DNA from: an uncultured Verrucomicrobiae bacterium
GTDB taxonomy: Bacteria > Verrucomicrobiota > Verrucomicrobiia > Chthoniobacterales > UBA10450
Assembly (NCBI GenBank): GCA_963801815.1
Contig: CAWDGJ010000007.1
Coordinates: 207,700-271,699, forward strand
DNA: 64,000 nucleotides
Direction of reading: 5' to 3'
The position numbers and the translations under genes are program-made. Within the stretch, counting starts at the first letter, position 1; each line of letters opens with the position of its first letter. Of the stretch, positions 29,799 through 40,292 are shown piece after piece. Below the pieces are notes generated by a model, which was not told the DNA's origin, searched no databases, and saw only the letters and a list, made by a program, of their open reading frames with translations.

Positions 29799-31589
29799 TC
29801 AGGCCAAGACCGGTTCAGTCTTCACCGGTTCCACCCATTTTCCATGCTCGCGAATCAGGTCCTTCAGACGATCGACCGCTTCAGCTTCAGGAATGTTGAA
29901 TTTCACGGCGGTTTTGCCCACGTAGAGATTCACTTTGCCGGGCGCGCCGCCGACGTAGCCAAAATCGGCGTCCGCCATTTCTCCGGGGCCATTCACGATG
30001 CAACCCATGATCGCAATTTTGACCCCCTTCAGATGCGACGTTGCCACTTTGATTTTCGCCGTCGTGGTTTGCAGGTTAAACAACGTCCGGCCGCAAGAGG
30101 GGCAGGCGACGTAATCTGTCTTGAAAATCCGCGAGCCTGCCGCTTGCAGGATATTGTAGCTCAAACGCAATGCCTGTCCTGGCGCCTCTTCGCCTTGCAC
30201 GAGAATCGCATCACCGATCCCATCACAAAGCAACGATCCGATGTTGGTCGCGGCAGTTAAAAGTGTTTCGAGGAAATTCTTTTCGCAATCCGCATTCCGC
30301 ATTCCCCAATTCAAAGCATCCTTGAGCAGAATCGGGTGGCGATTCTGCAGTCTTGCGGCCAGCACACGAAACGCCGCAATCACCGGAAGATCGACATCGT
30401 CCCTTACCGTGACCAACTGCGGCGCGCTCTCGGAATTGATTTTCGCAATCGCCGCATCATCGAGTGGATCGACTTCCTTTATCTGCGCATTCTCATAAAC
30501 GATTTCCGGTTTGTAATCACCCATCTTGTCGATCTTGTGCGCGATCTTTTCGAAATTCGCTTGTCGCACCACCACGCGGATAAGCTCTTCGCCGCCAAGC
30601 TTCACTCTGTCCCGCTCGACTCTTTCAGTTGAACGCCGCTGGTACGAAAACGGATCAAAGGACATTTCGAATTTCGAATTTCGAATTTCGGATTTCGGAG
30701 CGTCGCCATTTGCGAATAAACGCACCAGTTCCTTAGCGACGGGTATTTCGTGCGGACTGTCCTCGGTCAATGAAACCCGGATCGTGTCCCCGATTCCATC
30801 GGACAGGAGAGATCCTATTCCAATGGCGCTCTTGATTCTAGCGTCTTCGCCTTCACCGGCTTCGGTAACGCCGAGGTGGACGGGATAATTCCAGTCCGGC
30901 CCGAGCTCATTCAATCGGGCAACGAGCAGGCGATACGCGGCGATCATGATCTTGGGATTGCTTGCCTTCATCGAGAAAACGAACCCGTGGTAGTCGAGAT
31001 CTCGCGCGATCCGGGCGAACTCGAGCGCGCTTTCCACCATTCCGAGCGGCGTATCGCCGTACCGGTTTAGAATGCGGTCGCTCAGCGAGCCGTGGTTGGT
31101 CCCGATTCGCATTGCAATGCCCCGCTGCTGACAAAGCTCGACCAACGGCGTGAACCGCTCGCGAATCCGACTCAATTCCGCGGCGTACTGTTCGTCGGTG
31201 TATTCACGGATCACGAATTTCTTTGAATCAGCGTAATTGCCGGGATTGATTCGCACCTTGTCGACCCATCTGGCCGCTTCCATTGCGGCTTCCGGCTTGA
31301 AATGGATGTCCGCGACGATGGGCACATCGCAACCTCGCGAGCGCAAGCCCTTCGCGATATTCTCCAAATTGCGCGAGTCTTTCACCGTCGGCGCGGTAAT
31401 CCGCACAATCTCGCAACCGACGTTCGCGAGCTCGATCGTCTGCAGGATCGAAGCGTCGGTGTCCATCGTATCGCACGTGATCATCGATTGGACGCGGATC
31501 GGATTGTTTCCACCGATGCCGACGTTGCCCACCCGCACCTCACGAGTCGGACGCCTACGATACCGCAATGGGTTCTCGCAATACTTCAT
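29799..31589 (-). CDS. ispG: (E)-4-hydroxy-3-methylbut-2-enyl-diphosphate synthase, long form
   Basis: VQSM, ADIHF, RINPGN, NHGSL, HLGVTEAG, CPSCGR, MGCIVNGPGE. Confidence 0.97.
   Translation of the reverse strand: MKYCENPLRYRRRPTREVRVGNVGIGGNNPIRVQSMITCDTMDTDASILQTIELANVGCEIVRITAPTVKDSRNLENIAKGLRSRGCDVPIVADIHFKPEAAMEAARWVDKVRINPGNYADSKKFVIREYTDEQYAAELSRIRERFTPLVELCQQRGIAMRIGTNHGSLSDRILNRYGDTPLGMVESALEFARIARDLDYHGFVFSMKASNPKIMIAAYRLLVARLNELGPDWNYPVHLGVTEAGEGEDARIKSAIGIGSLLSDGIGDTIRVSLTEDSPHEIPVAKELVRLFANGDAPKSEIRNSKFEMSFDPFSYQRRSTERVERDRVKLGGEELIRVVVRQANFEKIAHKIDKMGDYKPEIVYENAQIKEVDPLDDAAIAKINSESAPQLVTVRDDVDLPVIAAFRVLAARLQNRHPILLKDALNWGMRNADCEKNFLETLLTAATNIGSLLCDGIGDAILVQGEEAPGQALRLSYNILQAAGSRIFKTDYVACPSCGRTLFNLQTTTAKIKVATSHLKGVKIAIMGCIVNGPGEMADADFGYVGGAPGKVNLYVGKTAVKFNIPEAEAVDRLKDLIREHGKWVEPVKTEPVLA
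30283..30310. repeat. Heptamer tandem repeat inside ispG
   Basis: TCGCAAT CCGCATT CCGCATT CCCCAAT. Confidence 0.75.
30663..30697. repeat. Heptamer tandem repeat inside ispG
   Basis: CATTTCG AATTTCG AATTTCG AATTTCG GATTTCG. Confidence 0.85.
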
Positions 31590-31592
31590 TTC

Positions 31593-31928
31593 TCAGGCTG
31601 GATTTGGTTCCACCAATACGGCCGTGCCATAACATAAGACCTCGGTGACACCCTGCATGATCTCTGTCGCGTCGTAACGCAGCCCGATAATCGCATTCGC
31701 CCCGAGATCCCGCGCGTGTTGCAGGCAAAGTTCAAGCGCATGTTCACGTGTTTTCTCGCAAAGGTCGGTCAGGATGGTGATGTTGCCGCCGACGAGCGTC
31801 TGCAACCCGGCGCCGATCGTTCCGAAGATCGAGCGTGATCGCACAATGATGCCGCGCACGACGCCGAATGTCTTCACAACTCGATAGCCCGGCAGCTCAA
31901 ACGTAGTCGTTGTCATGGACGGATTCAT
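31593..31928 (-). CDS. YbjQ/UPF0145 family protein
   Basis: [25 protein letters not shown]. Confidence 0.9.
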   Translation of the reverse strand: MNPSMTTTTFELPGYRVVKTFGVVRGIIVRSRSIFGTIGAGLQTLVGGNITILTDLCEKTREHALELCLQHARDLGANAIIGLRYDATEIMQGVTEVLCYGTAVLVEPNPA

Positions 31929-31968
31929 GAATCCAAATCTAAAGCTGCGCTCCAGCGGCGCAATCGAG

Positions 31969-33408
31969 TTACGGCAGATCCCGATCTTTGGTCTGCGACG
32001 ATGGGGGCATGTATTTATCGAGCGCGTGCTTCACGAACGGGATGTCCTGAATATCGAAAAACGTGATGTAAATAATCAGCCCTACGATCAGGATCGTGCA
32101 TGTACCCTGGACGACTTCGAGCACTCGTATATTAAGAGGCCGCCGCCGGATCGACTCGATCAGGCCGAACAAAATGTGCCCTCCATCGAGCACCGGGATC
32201 GGCAGCATGTTTAGAATCGCCAGGTTCACATTGAGTACCACACTGAGCCAGAGGACCAGTTTCCAGCCGTGTTCGCTTTGAAAGAACAGAAAGTAAATTC
32301 GCCCGATGCCGACCGGGCCGCTCAAGTGCTGCAATTTTACGTCCGATTTGGGCGAAGCGACCGCGCCGAGCGTGTTCAACGTGCTGGTCACGCTGTTGCG
32401 AACCAGCTCCATCGGATTCGGGTGGGCAATAGACATGATCCCGCTGGTGTCCCATTGAATTCCGATCCTCGGCAGCATCTTTTTCGTCCCGTCAGCCTCT
32501 TCCGTCAGAAGCGGCTCGGGTTTGACGGAAACTTCAAGCCTTGATCCGGCTCGCTCAACGTCGAGCATCAACGTTTCGTCGGGATGCTTCTTGATGTATT
32601 CGAGCATCGCGACCGGATTGTAGATCGGTTGATGATTGAAACCGCGAATGATGTCTCCTTTGCGCAATCCCGCCCGCCCCGCCGGCGAATCCGGTTCGAC
32701 TTTCTCGATGATCGCCGTTTCCGCAGGAAGTATCAGTAACTGGCGGACACTCTTTCTGCGCCAGCCGCGCGTCTCGGCTTTGTAAGGCTCCACTTCTACG
32801 GTTTGCACCTGGCCGTTGCGCTCGAACTTCACGGGAATCGTTTCGCCTTCACTGCGAACAACCGCCCAGCTCACGCTGGCGTTCATCCCGAGAAATCGCG
32901 TCACCTGTTTTCCATCCACTTCCAGAATTTTGTCCCCCGGTTCCATGCCCGCCTTCGCCGCCGGTGAATCCGGCATCACGTAACCGACGATCGTTGTCAT
33001 GTCCGATTCGCTCACTGGATAACCAACGACCCAGACGATCACGGCAAACGCGATGGCCAGAAGGAAACTAAAAAACGGACCCGCCACAGCTACGATGATC
33101 TTGTCGAGCGCGGACACGGACGGAAGCTGGCTGCGATCGATGTCAGCTTTCCCTTCGATAATGTCCATCGGAGCCAATTGCGGTAAGGCCACAAATCCAC
33201 CGAAGGGCAAAGAGCCTAACGAATACTGGACGCCGCTGATTTTCTTCTTCCAAAGCGGCTTACCGAACCAGATGCCAAACTTTTCGATATAAAGGCCACG
33301 CCAACGCGCGGCCAGAAAGTGACCGACCTCGTGGACAACAATTAACAAATTGAAAATGACCAGGACCTCGAAGAGAACGAGGATGATGCGACCGATGTGA
33401 AGCAACAT
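31969..33408 (-). CDS. rseP: RIP metalloprotease RseP (M50) with two PDZ domains
   Basis: [19 protein letters not shown]; synteny with dxr and cdsA. Confidence 0.95.
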   Translation of the reverse strand: MLLHIGRIILVLFEVLVIFNLLIVVHEVGHFLAARWRGLYIEKFGIWFGKPLWKKKISGVQYSLGSLPFGGFVALPQLAPMDIIEGKADIDRSQLPSVSALDKIIVAVAGPFFSFLLAIAFAVIVWVVGYPVSESDMTTIVGYVMPDSPAAKAGMEPGDKILEVDGKQVTRFLGMNASVSWAVVRSEGETIPVKFERNGQVQTVEVEPYKAETRGWRRKSVRQLLILPAETAIIEKVEPDSPAGRAGLRKGDIIRGFNHQPIYNPVAMLEYIKKHPDETLMLDVERAGSRLEVSVKPEPLLTEEADGTKKMLPRIGIQWDTSGIMSIAHPNPMELVRNSVTSTLNTLGAVASPKSDVKLQHLSGPVGIGRIYFLFFQSEHGWKLVLWLSVVLNVNLAILNMLPIPVLDGGHILFGLIESIRRRPLNIRVLEVVQGTCTILIVGLIIYITFFDIQDIPFVKHALDKYMPPSSQTKDRDLP

Positions 33409-33472
33409 TGTTAAAGCGTGAACCGTGAATCGTAATTCGTGACCCGAAATTCGCGTGGCCGATTTAACGATT

Positions 33473-34624
33473 CTACGATTTAACGGATCTCGCGGCCTCG
33501 GCCCGCGCCCACTGATCGGCGGCCAATATCGCATCGAGATCGGGATGTGCAACGGTGCTATGCCTGTCCATCACCTTCTCAACGGTCTGCCAAATTTGGG
33601 GGAACCGCAGCTGACGGTTCAAGAAGGCCGCGACCGCTACTTCGTTGGCCGCGTTCATCACCGCCGGCAGCGTTCCCCCAGTTTCACCGGCGCGGCGCGC
33701 GAGATTGAGCGCCGGGAAATCGCTGTAACGGGGAATTTCGAACTCCAGTCTGCCCAGGGTCGAGAAATCGAGCGGCGGCAACGTGTTCGGCACCCGGTCC
33801 GGCCAGGTCACAGCGTACTGGATGGGAAAGCACATGTTTGAGTAACTTAACTGGGCCAGCGTTGAGCCGTCCGCGAATTCGACCATCGAATGCACGATGC
33901 TTTGGGGATGGATTACCACTTCGACGCGATCCATCGGAACACCGAACAGCCAGTGCGCCTCGATCATTTCAAGGCCTTTATTGAACAGCGTCGCAGAATC
34001 GATGGTGATTTTCGGCCCCATGTTCCAGGTCGGATGTTTCAGCGCTTGTTCCACCGTAACGCTGCCCAATTCGCTCGCGCGCGTTTCTCGAAACGGCCCG
34101 CCCGACGCCGTAAGAATAATGCGACGGACTTCCGACGCCCGGCCGTCAAGACATTGAAAGATCGCGTTGTGCTCGGAATCCACTGGCAAAATCCTTACGC
34201 CGCGCCTCTGCGCCGCCTGGGTCACGGCTTCACCCGCCATCACCAAAATCTCCTTGCTCGCGACCGCCAAATCTTTTCCGGTTTCAATCGCATCGAGCGC
34301 CGGATGCAACCCTGCCGTGCCGACGATCGCAATGAGCACCATGTCCGCGTTCTCGAGCTTGGCGATTTCACAAAGCCCGCTTTCGCCAACCAGGATTCGC
34401 GGCTCGTACTCCAGTTTCGATCGCAGGATATCGATCTTGCGATCATCCACCAGACAAACCGCCGGCGCGCGCGTCTTGTTCGCGGCGGCCGCGAGTTTCT
34501 CCGCGTTGCTGTTCGCCGCCACGCCGACAATCTCCATTCGCTCCGGAATGTCGTGCGCCACTTTGAGTGTGCTATCGCCGATCGAGCCGGTCGCGCCCAG
34601 TAATACGACGCGTTTACGTTTCAT
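33473..34624 (-). CDS. dxr: 1-deoxy-D-xylulose-5-phosphate reductoisomerase
   Basis: LGATGSIG, PVDSEH, TASGGPF, HPTWNMGPKITIDSA, NAANE. Confidence 0.97.
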   Translation of the reverse strand: MKRKRVVLLGATGSIGDSTLKVAHDIPERMEIVGVAANSNAEKLAAAANKTRAPAVCLVDDRKIDILRSKLEYEPRILVGESGLCEIAKLENADMVLIAIVGTAGLHPALDAIETGKDLAVASKEILVMAGEAVTQAAQRRGVRILPVDSEHNAIFQCLDGRASEVRRIILTASGGPFRETRASELGSVTVEQALKHPTWNMGPKITIDSATLFNKGLEMIEAHWLFGVPMDRVEVVIHPQSIVHSMVEFADGSTLAQLSYSNMCFPIQYAVTWPDRVPNTLPPLDFSTLGRLEFEIPRYSDFPALNLARRAGETGGTLPAVMNAANEVAVAAFLNRQLRFPQIWQTVEKVMDRHSTVAHPDLDAILAADQWARAEAARSVKS

Positions 34625-34728
34625 TTTTTCCTCACACTACGGGCGCAAAGGTTCACCAAGATCCACAAAAAATCATCGGGTAATCGCTGGGAACGTCATT
34701 CTCCTTGGTCTCCTTTGTGTGAGCTACC

Positions 34729-35644
34729 TCACGGCACGCGAATGACCAGGCGAAGGTAGAAAAACAAGAGCGGCGCAGTGAAGAGCAGACTGTCGATTAG
34801 ATCCAGCGCGCCACCGATTCCCGGAAGCAGGCCGCCTGAATCTTTCACTCCCGTGCTGCGTTTCACAATCGATTCCGCCAGATCGCCAATGACTGCGGCG
34901 AATCCGAGCAACAAACCGAGCACGGTCGCGTGCGTCCAGCTCAGCATCGACAGGTGACCCGGCATCAATTTGAACAAGCCGAGACTGCAAAGGAGCGCGA
35001 GCCCCAGCGCGCCGAAAAATCCTTCCCAGGTTTTTTTAGCGCTGATGTGCGGGCTCATGAGATGCCGGCCGATAACGCTGCCGGTCAGGTAAGCGCCCAT
35101 GTCGCTGAACTTAGTGACCGCAATCAGATACAGAACATAGAATTGTCCGGTCACGATCCCGTTGGCCGAGCGCGGCGTCAGGTAAAGGATTTTCGTGATG
35201 AAATTAAAAAGCCAGAGAACGTAGAGCAGACCGAATAAAGTGTAAGCCATCGTCCGCAACGGCTCGTCATGACGAAGCCCGGCGAACATTTGCCGCGTGA
35301 ACACCGTGAGCAGAAAAGAAAAGCAAAACCGCGAGTTCGAAATCGTAGGACTGGGTAGGGCCAACCTTGGAGAAATAATAAAAACTGCCCACCAGCATGA
35401 TCGCGCCGCAAATCAGTCCGGTGATCTTGAAATTCGGTAGCGCTGCGTGATCGAGCATTCGATAAAATTCCCAGAGCGCGATCAGTCCAAACAAGCTGAT
35501 CAAAAACCAAAACAAGATTTCGTAGCCCGTGAAAGCGATCGCGAGCGCGATCGACCAAAGCATTACCGTGCTGATAAAGCGCAGAACAAACACGGAGCGC
35601 GGCTTCGTGGTGTCCAATGCAGCTTGCTCAACCGTCACAGGCAT
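34729..35644 (-). CDS. cdsA: Phosphatidate cytidylyltransferase (frameshift near 35320)
   Basis: SDMGAY, SAKKTWEG, GDLAESIVKR...KDSG.LLPG.GG.LD.IDS; N-terminal half in ORF 35267..35644. Confidence 0.9.
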
Positions 35645-35803
35645 GAGCGCTCATCTTCCGAAAGGAAGTGGCGCCACGCAAGACTTGTCCTGATTGTCGA
35701 TCCAGACTTTTCAGGGGGAAGACCCGGATTCAAGGCTCAACAGATCGGCAATCGTTTCTCCTTCCTGCTTTCCTAGTTTCCTGATTAGCCTTAATTTTAG
35801 GTC

Positions 35804-36847
35804 GTGCAGAAGACGATGAAAGCCGTCGTAAAAGCCAAAGCTGAGCCCGGCCTTTGGCTGCAGGAAGTGCCTATTCCCAAAGCCAAGGACGAGGACGTCC
35901 TGATCCGCATCCTAAAGACCTCCATCTGCGGAACGGACGTACATATATACAACTGGGACGCCTGGGCCCAGAAGACCATCCCAGTTCCGATGACCATCGG
36001 TCACGAGTTTGTTGGTGTGGTCGATCAGGTGGGCGATCACGTGAAAGGTTTTGTTAAAGGCGACCTGGTCGTGGGCGAAGGTCACATTACGTGCGGCCAT
36101 TGCCGGAATTGTCTCGCCGGCCGGCGCCATCTTTGCCCGAACACTCAAGGCGTTGGCATAAATCGTCCCGGCGCATTCGCCGAGTTCGTGGCAATTCCGC
36201 AATCGAATTGCTGGCATGCCGACCCTTCAATTCCACTCGATGTCCTTTCCTGCTTCGATCCAATGGGCAACGCGGTCCATACCGCGCTCTCGTTCGATCT
36301 GGTCGGCGAAGACGTTCTCATTACCGGCGCCGGCCCGATCGGTTGCATGGCTATCCCGATTTGCAAACACGCCGGCGCGCGTCACGTCGTTATTACCGAT
36401 GTGAATCCTTATCGGCTAGAGCTCGCCTGGAAGATGAAGGCCGATCTTGCGCTCAACGTGCGCACACAAAAGCTCACCGACGCGATGAGACAACTCGGCA
36501 TGAAAGAAGGGTTCGACGTCGCGCTGGAGATGTCCGGCAATCCGAAAGCCTTCGACGACATTTTGCCGAACATGTTTCACGGCGGCAAAATCGCCTTGTT
36601 AGGCATCATGCCCGGCACCGCTGCAATCGATTGGAACACGATTGTGTTCGATCAATTGACAATCAAAGGAATCTATGGCCGCGAATTGTACGAAACCTGG
36701 TACAAGACGACCGCGCTCATCAAAGGGGGCGTGGATATTCGACCGCTCATCACCCACCACTTCCCTTACGCAGAATTCAAGGAAGCGATCGAGCTGATGA
36801 AATCCGGCAACTCCGGAAAAATTGTCCTCACCTGGAGCGAGCTTTAA
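35804..36847 (+). CDS. tdh: L-threonine 3-dehydrogenase
   Basis: [34 protein letters not shown]. Confidence 0.95.
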   Translation: MQKTMKAVVKAKAEPGLWLQEVPIPKAKDEDVLIRILKTSICGTDVHIYNWDAWAQKTIPVPMTIGHEFVGVVDQVGDHVKGFVKGDLVVGEGHITCGHCRNCLAGRRHLCPNTQGVGINRPGAFAEFVAIPQSNCWHADPSIPLDVLSCFDPMGNAVHTALSFDLVGEDVLITGAGPIGCMAIPICKHAGARHVVITDVNPYRLELAWKMKADLALNVRTQKLTDAMRQLGMKEGFDVALEMSGNPKAFDDILPNMFHGGKIALLGIMPGTAAIDWNTIVFDQLTIKGIYGRELYETWYKTTALIKGGVDIRPLITHHFPYAEFKEAIELMKSGNSGKIVLTWSEL

Positions 36848-36944
36848 GAGAACCGCGGATTACGCGGAAATGAGCGTCGAATTGGGTCGTACAAGAATCC
36901 GGCGCCGCGGAAAAGCGTTTTTCGGGTAGCCGAAAAGGCGTGGT

Positions 36945-37757
36945 CTATTGCACCGCGGCGGCTTCCTGCTCCCGGCCTTCGAGTTCAAGCACCATGCGTT
37001 TGATGTGCTTGTAGTCCTGATGCCCGCGCAAGAACTGCAAACTTTCCTGCGGATCGCCCCAGCGCAAAACCTGGATCGGTTCCTGGCGCGCTCCCCACGA
37101 GTTCATGTCACGCTGATTGGCCATGTAGAGATCGATCGTGTTCCGGCCGCTCAACGCCCAACCATAGTCTTCGACCCGGTACATTTGTCCGGTCGATAAC
37201 AGACGAAACGTCGTTCCCATCGGCCAGCGCGACCAATCAGCTGCTGCACTTCCAATTCGAGGCGGAGATTTGCTAACGGCCGCGGCGCGCTTCGCCCCGC
37301 GGGTCGTCGTTGCTGTCGTCTTCGTGACGCGCGTCGTTGTCACCGTTGTCGTAACGCGTGTCGGTTTCTTCGATTTATCCATGGAGAACGGCTGGAGTTT
37401 CGCGTCGCCGCTCGAAATGTTGATTACATCGGTATCGTCGCTGTCTGAGATCGCGCGCGCTTGCCGGACATTTTCCGCGCGATGAATTGCCGGACTGGCC
37501 GCGTGCAATTCGCCGCCGAGAGCGTTGTGATTAGTGAACGCGCGATGATCAGCCTCGGTGTGGGTGTAAGCGGTGGTCCGAACGTGTTGAAATTCCGACT
37601 TTGCAATCGGTGGTTCGTAAGCCGGAAGCGCTCGCGCGGTGCCACCGGTTTCGCAACCGCTGAGGAGAATGATTGCGACGAAGGCCGCGAGAACGGCCAG
37701 GGCGAGGCTGCGAAGTTCAGCGTGGGTCAAGGTAGATCGCCGCGAACTTATTAACAC
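36945..37757 (-). CDS. 3D-domain lipoprotein with Thr-rich insert
   Basis: Lipobox LSGC; TTAY, AADW...G, EDYG, IDLY. Confidence 0.8.
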   Translation of the reverse strand: MLISSRRSTLTHAELRSLALAVLAAFVAIILLSGCETGGTARALPAYEPPIAKSEFQHVRTTAYTHTEADHRAFTNHNALGGELHAASPAIHRAENVRQARAISDSDDTDVINISSGDAKLQPFSMDKSKKPTRVTTTVTTTRVTKTTATTTRGAKRAAAVSKSPPRIGSAAADWSRWPMGTTFRLLSTGQMYRVEDYGWALSGRNTIDLYMANQRDMNSWGARQEPIQVLRWGDPQESLQFLRGHQDYKHIKRMVLELEGREQEAAAVQ

Positions 37758-37839
37758 TTATTCACAGCCTCGCAACTCTCTTTTTTTCCGAGAATAAACC
37801 TCGTTTTGCATCGGCCGCGCTTTCATTGAAACTATTTTC

Positions 37840-39021
37840 ATGCTCGCCGAATTCGAAAAGCAGCTTTCACAAACGCTCGAGGAAATAAAGTCGCAGGGCC
37901 TTTACAAAACCGAGCGCATCATCACCACGCCGCAGGACGCTCACATCAAGGTCGCCGGCGGCCAGGAAGTGCTCAACATGTGCGCGAACAATTACCTCGG
38001 ACTCGCTGATCATCCTGAGTTGATCAAGGCCGCGAAAAAGGCACTCGACGATCACGGCCTTGGCATGGCCAGCGTGCGTTTCATTTGCGGAACGCAGGAC
38101 ATTCACAAGGAACTCGAAGCCGCGCTGACGAAGTTTCTCGGCACCGAAGAAACGATCCTTTATCCAAGCGCATTCGACGCGAACGGCGGACTCTTCGAAA
38201 CAATCCTCACCGAGAAGGACGCGGTGATCAGTGACGAGCTAAATCACGCATCCATCATCGACGGAATCCGCCTCTGCAAGGCGCAACGCTTTCGTTACAA
38301 GCACAACGACATGGCGGATCTCGAAGCGAAACTCAAAGAAGCGAGTGGCGCGCGGTTCAAGCTGATCGCCACCGACGGATGCTTCTCGATGGACGGAACT
38401 ATCGCCGACTTGAAATCAATCGTCGATCTCGCGCAAAAACATGACGCGCTCACTATGATCGATGATGCGCACGCGACCGGATTTCTCGGGCCGCGCGGTC
38501 GCGGAACGCACGAGTACCGCGATGTGATGGGCAAGATCGACATCATCACCGGAACGCTGGGCAAGGCGCTGGGTGGCGCTAGCGGCGGTTTCACCAGTGG
38601 GCGCAAAGAGATTGTCGATCTTCTGCGGCAACGTTCGCGACCATATTTGTTTTCCAACAGCGTCGCGCCGCCAATCGTGGCCGCAGTTTTGAAGGCGTTG
38701 GAGATCCTCACCAAATCGACGGAGCTGCGCGACAAGCTCGAAGCGAACACGAAATATTTTCGCGAGGCGGTGACCAAAGCAGGTCTCACTATCAAGCCTG
38801 GCGTCCATCCGATTGTTCCGATCATGATTGGCGACGCCGGCAAATCGCAGAAGTTCGCAGCGCGCATGCTCGAGAAAGGCGTTTACGTGATTGGCTTTTT
38901 CTATCCGGTGGTGCCACACGGGACGGCGCGCGTGCGCGTGCAGGTGAGTGCGGCACATTCGCGTCAAGATTTGGAATTCGCAGTCAAGACGTTCGCGGAG
39001 ACGAACGAAGAACTCAAATAA
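37840..39021 (+). CDS. kbl: Glycine C-acetyltransferase (2-amino-3-ketobutyrate CoA ligase)
   Basis: [32 protein letters not shown]; near tdh. Confidence 0.96.
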   Translation: MLAEFEKQLSQTLEEIKSQGLYKTERIITTPQDAHIKVAGGQEVLNMCANNYLGLADHPELIKAAKKALDDHGLGMASVRFICGTQDIHKELEAALTKFLGTEETILYPSAFDANGGLFETILTEKDAVISDELNHASIIDGIRLCKAQRFRYKHNDMADLEAKLKEASGARFKLIATDGCFSMDGTIADLKSIVDLAQKHDALTMIDDAHATGFLGPRGRGTHEYRDVMGKIDIITGTLGKALGGASGGFTSGRKEIVDLLRQRSRPYLFSNSVAPPIVAAVLKALEILTKSTELRDKLEANTKYFREAVTKAGLTIKPGVHPIVPIMIGDAGKSQKFAARMLEKGVYVIGFFYPVVPHGTARVRVQVSAAHSRQDLEFAVKTFAETNEELK

Positions 39022-39023
39022 AT

Positions 39024-39046
39024 GTAGAGGCGGCCGTGTCGGCTGC
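39024..39046 (+). repeat. GTAG-type REP-like half element
   Basis: GTAGAGGCGGCCGTGTCGGCTGC: GTAG followed by an imperfect hairpin, just after the kbl stop. Confidence 0.5.
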
Positions 39047-39050
39047 GAAA

Positions 39051-39569
39051 ATGATGGAGGTCAAGCTCACACGCTGCACGATTCGCGATTGGCGTCTCGA
39101 CGATGCCGGGTCGCTGGCGAAACATGCCAACAACCGTCGCGTCTGGCTGACGTTGCGTGACCGGTTTCCGCATCCCTACACGATCGAGGACGCGAGAAAT
39201 TTCTTAGAACGGGCAACAACTCAGAAGGGACCTGAGAGATTCTATTGTATCGAGATCGACGGCTCTGCCGTTGGCGGCATCGGAATAACTCTTGGCGAGG
39301 ATGTTTACCGGCACACCGCCGAGTTCGGCTACTGGCTGGCGGAAGAATTCTGGGGCAAGGGCATCATGACCGAAGCCGTAACTGCGTTCGTGGAACACTG
39401 CTTCGACAATTTTCCACTGAACCGGATTCACGCGAGCGCGTATGCCAATAACCCGGCATCCGCGCGTGTTTTGGAGAAAGCGGACTTCATTTTTGAAGGA
39501 CGATTGCAAAAGAACGTCTTCAAGGACGGCCAAATTCTCGATTCGCTTCTTTACGCGAAGACGAAGTAG
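39051..39569 (+). CDS. GNAT acetyltransferase, RimJ/RimL-like
   Basis: FPHPYT, EFGYWL, WGKGIMT, NPASARVLEK. Confidence 0.9.
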   Translation: MMEVKLTRCTIRDWRLDDAGSLAKHANNRRVWLTLRDRFPHPYTIEDARNFLERATTQKGPERFYCIEIDGSAVGGIGITLGEDVYRHTAEFGYWLAEEFWGKGIMTEAVTAFVEHCFDNFPLNRIHASAYANNPASARVLEKADFIFEGRLQKNVFKDGQILDSLLYAKTK

Positions 39570-39580
39570 AATCGGCCACC

Positions 39581-39850
39581 ATGCATTATTTGGTGATCGA
39601 ACGATTCAAGGACGCGCCGGCGATTTACAAACGGCTGGCCGAAAAAGGGCGCATGATGCCGGAAGGTTTAAATTACGTTTCGAGCTGGATCGATCACACC
39701 TTGAAAACCTGCTGGCAGATAATGGAGACCAGGGATTTCGTATTGCTCGAGCGCTGGATCGATAATTGGAAAGACTTGATGGAGTTCGAAATCATTCCGG
39801 TGCGGACATCCGCCGAAGTGCGCGAGATTATGACATCGGAGGCGAGTTAG
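39581..39850 (+). CDS. DUF3303-like small protein
   Basis: GRMMPEGL, WIDNWKDLMEFEIIPV. Confidence 0.7.
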   Translation: MHYLVIERFKDAPAIYKRLAEKGRMMPEGLNYVSSWIDHTLKTCWQIMETRDFVLLERWIDNWKDLMEFEIIPVRTSAEVREIMTSEAS

Positions 39851-39851
39851 T

Positions 39852-40289
39852 ATGGCAGAACAAACGGAACCACACGTGACCGTTCGCGGTACGGCCGCGA
39901 ACTTCGCGCAGAAAATTCAAATTGGGTCGCATTATCTGACCGCTGACGAACCGCTTTCGTTTGGCGGTACCGATACCGGGTCTTCGCCCTACGATCTTTT
40001 ACTGGCCGCGCTTGGCTCCTGCACGTCGATGACGATCGGTCTCTACGCCCGAAAACGCGGTTGGCCGCTCGAAAACATCACTGTCTCGCTCCGACACTCG
40101 AAGATTCACGCACGCGATTGCGAGGAATGTGAAACCAAAGAGGGACGGATCGACAGAATCGAGATGGAAATTCACCTGGATGGCGGACTCACGGACGAAC
40201 AACGGGCCAAGCTGATGGAAATCGCGGGGAAATGTCCGGTCCATCAAACGCTGACGTCGGAAATCAATATCAAGACACGCGCGGTTTAA
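39852..40289 (+). CDS. OsmC/YhfA family protein
   Basis: DEP..GG...SPYDLLLAALGSC, KCPVHQTL. Confidence 0.9.
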   Translation: MAEQTEPHVTVRGTAANFAQKIQIGSHYLTADEPLSFGGTDTGSSPYDLLLAALGSCTSMTIGLYARKRGWPLENITVSLRHSKIHARDCEECETKEGRIDRIEMEIHLDGGLTDEQRAKLMEIAGKCPVHQTLTSEINIKTRAV

Positions 40290-40292
40290 TTT

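Noticed and set aside
29799..31589. Long IspG as a novelty
   Set aside because: Long-form IspG is already known from plants, Chlamydiae and other bacterial lineages.
35300..35340. Programmed frameshift or phase variation in cdsA (and the ATP-grasp gene near 44498)
   Set aside because: No clear slippery site with a stimulator, and similar indels affect many unrelated genes.
37490..37500. Partial matches to the 19-bp element in the 3D gene (and at 30891 in ispG)
   Set aside because: Only 10-12 bp and lacking the full hairpin; compatible with chance.
29331..37766. DnaA-box-like TTATTCACA at 29331 and 37758
   Set aside because: Isolated boxes, no cluster, no dnaA/dnaN context; not an origin.
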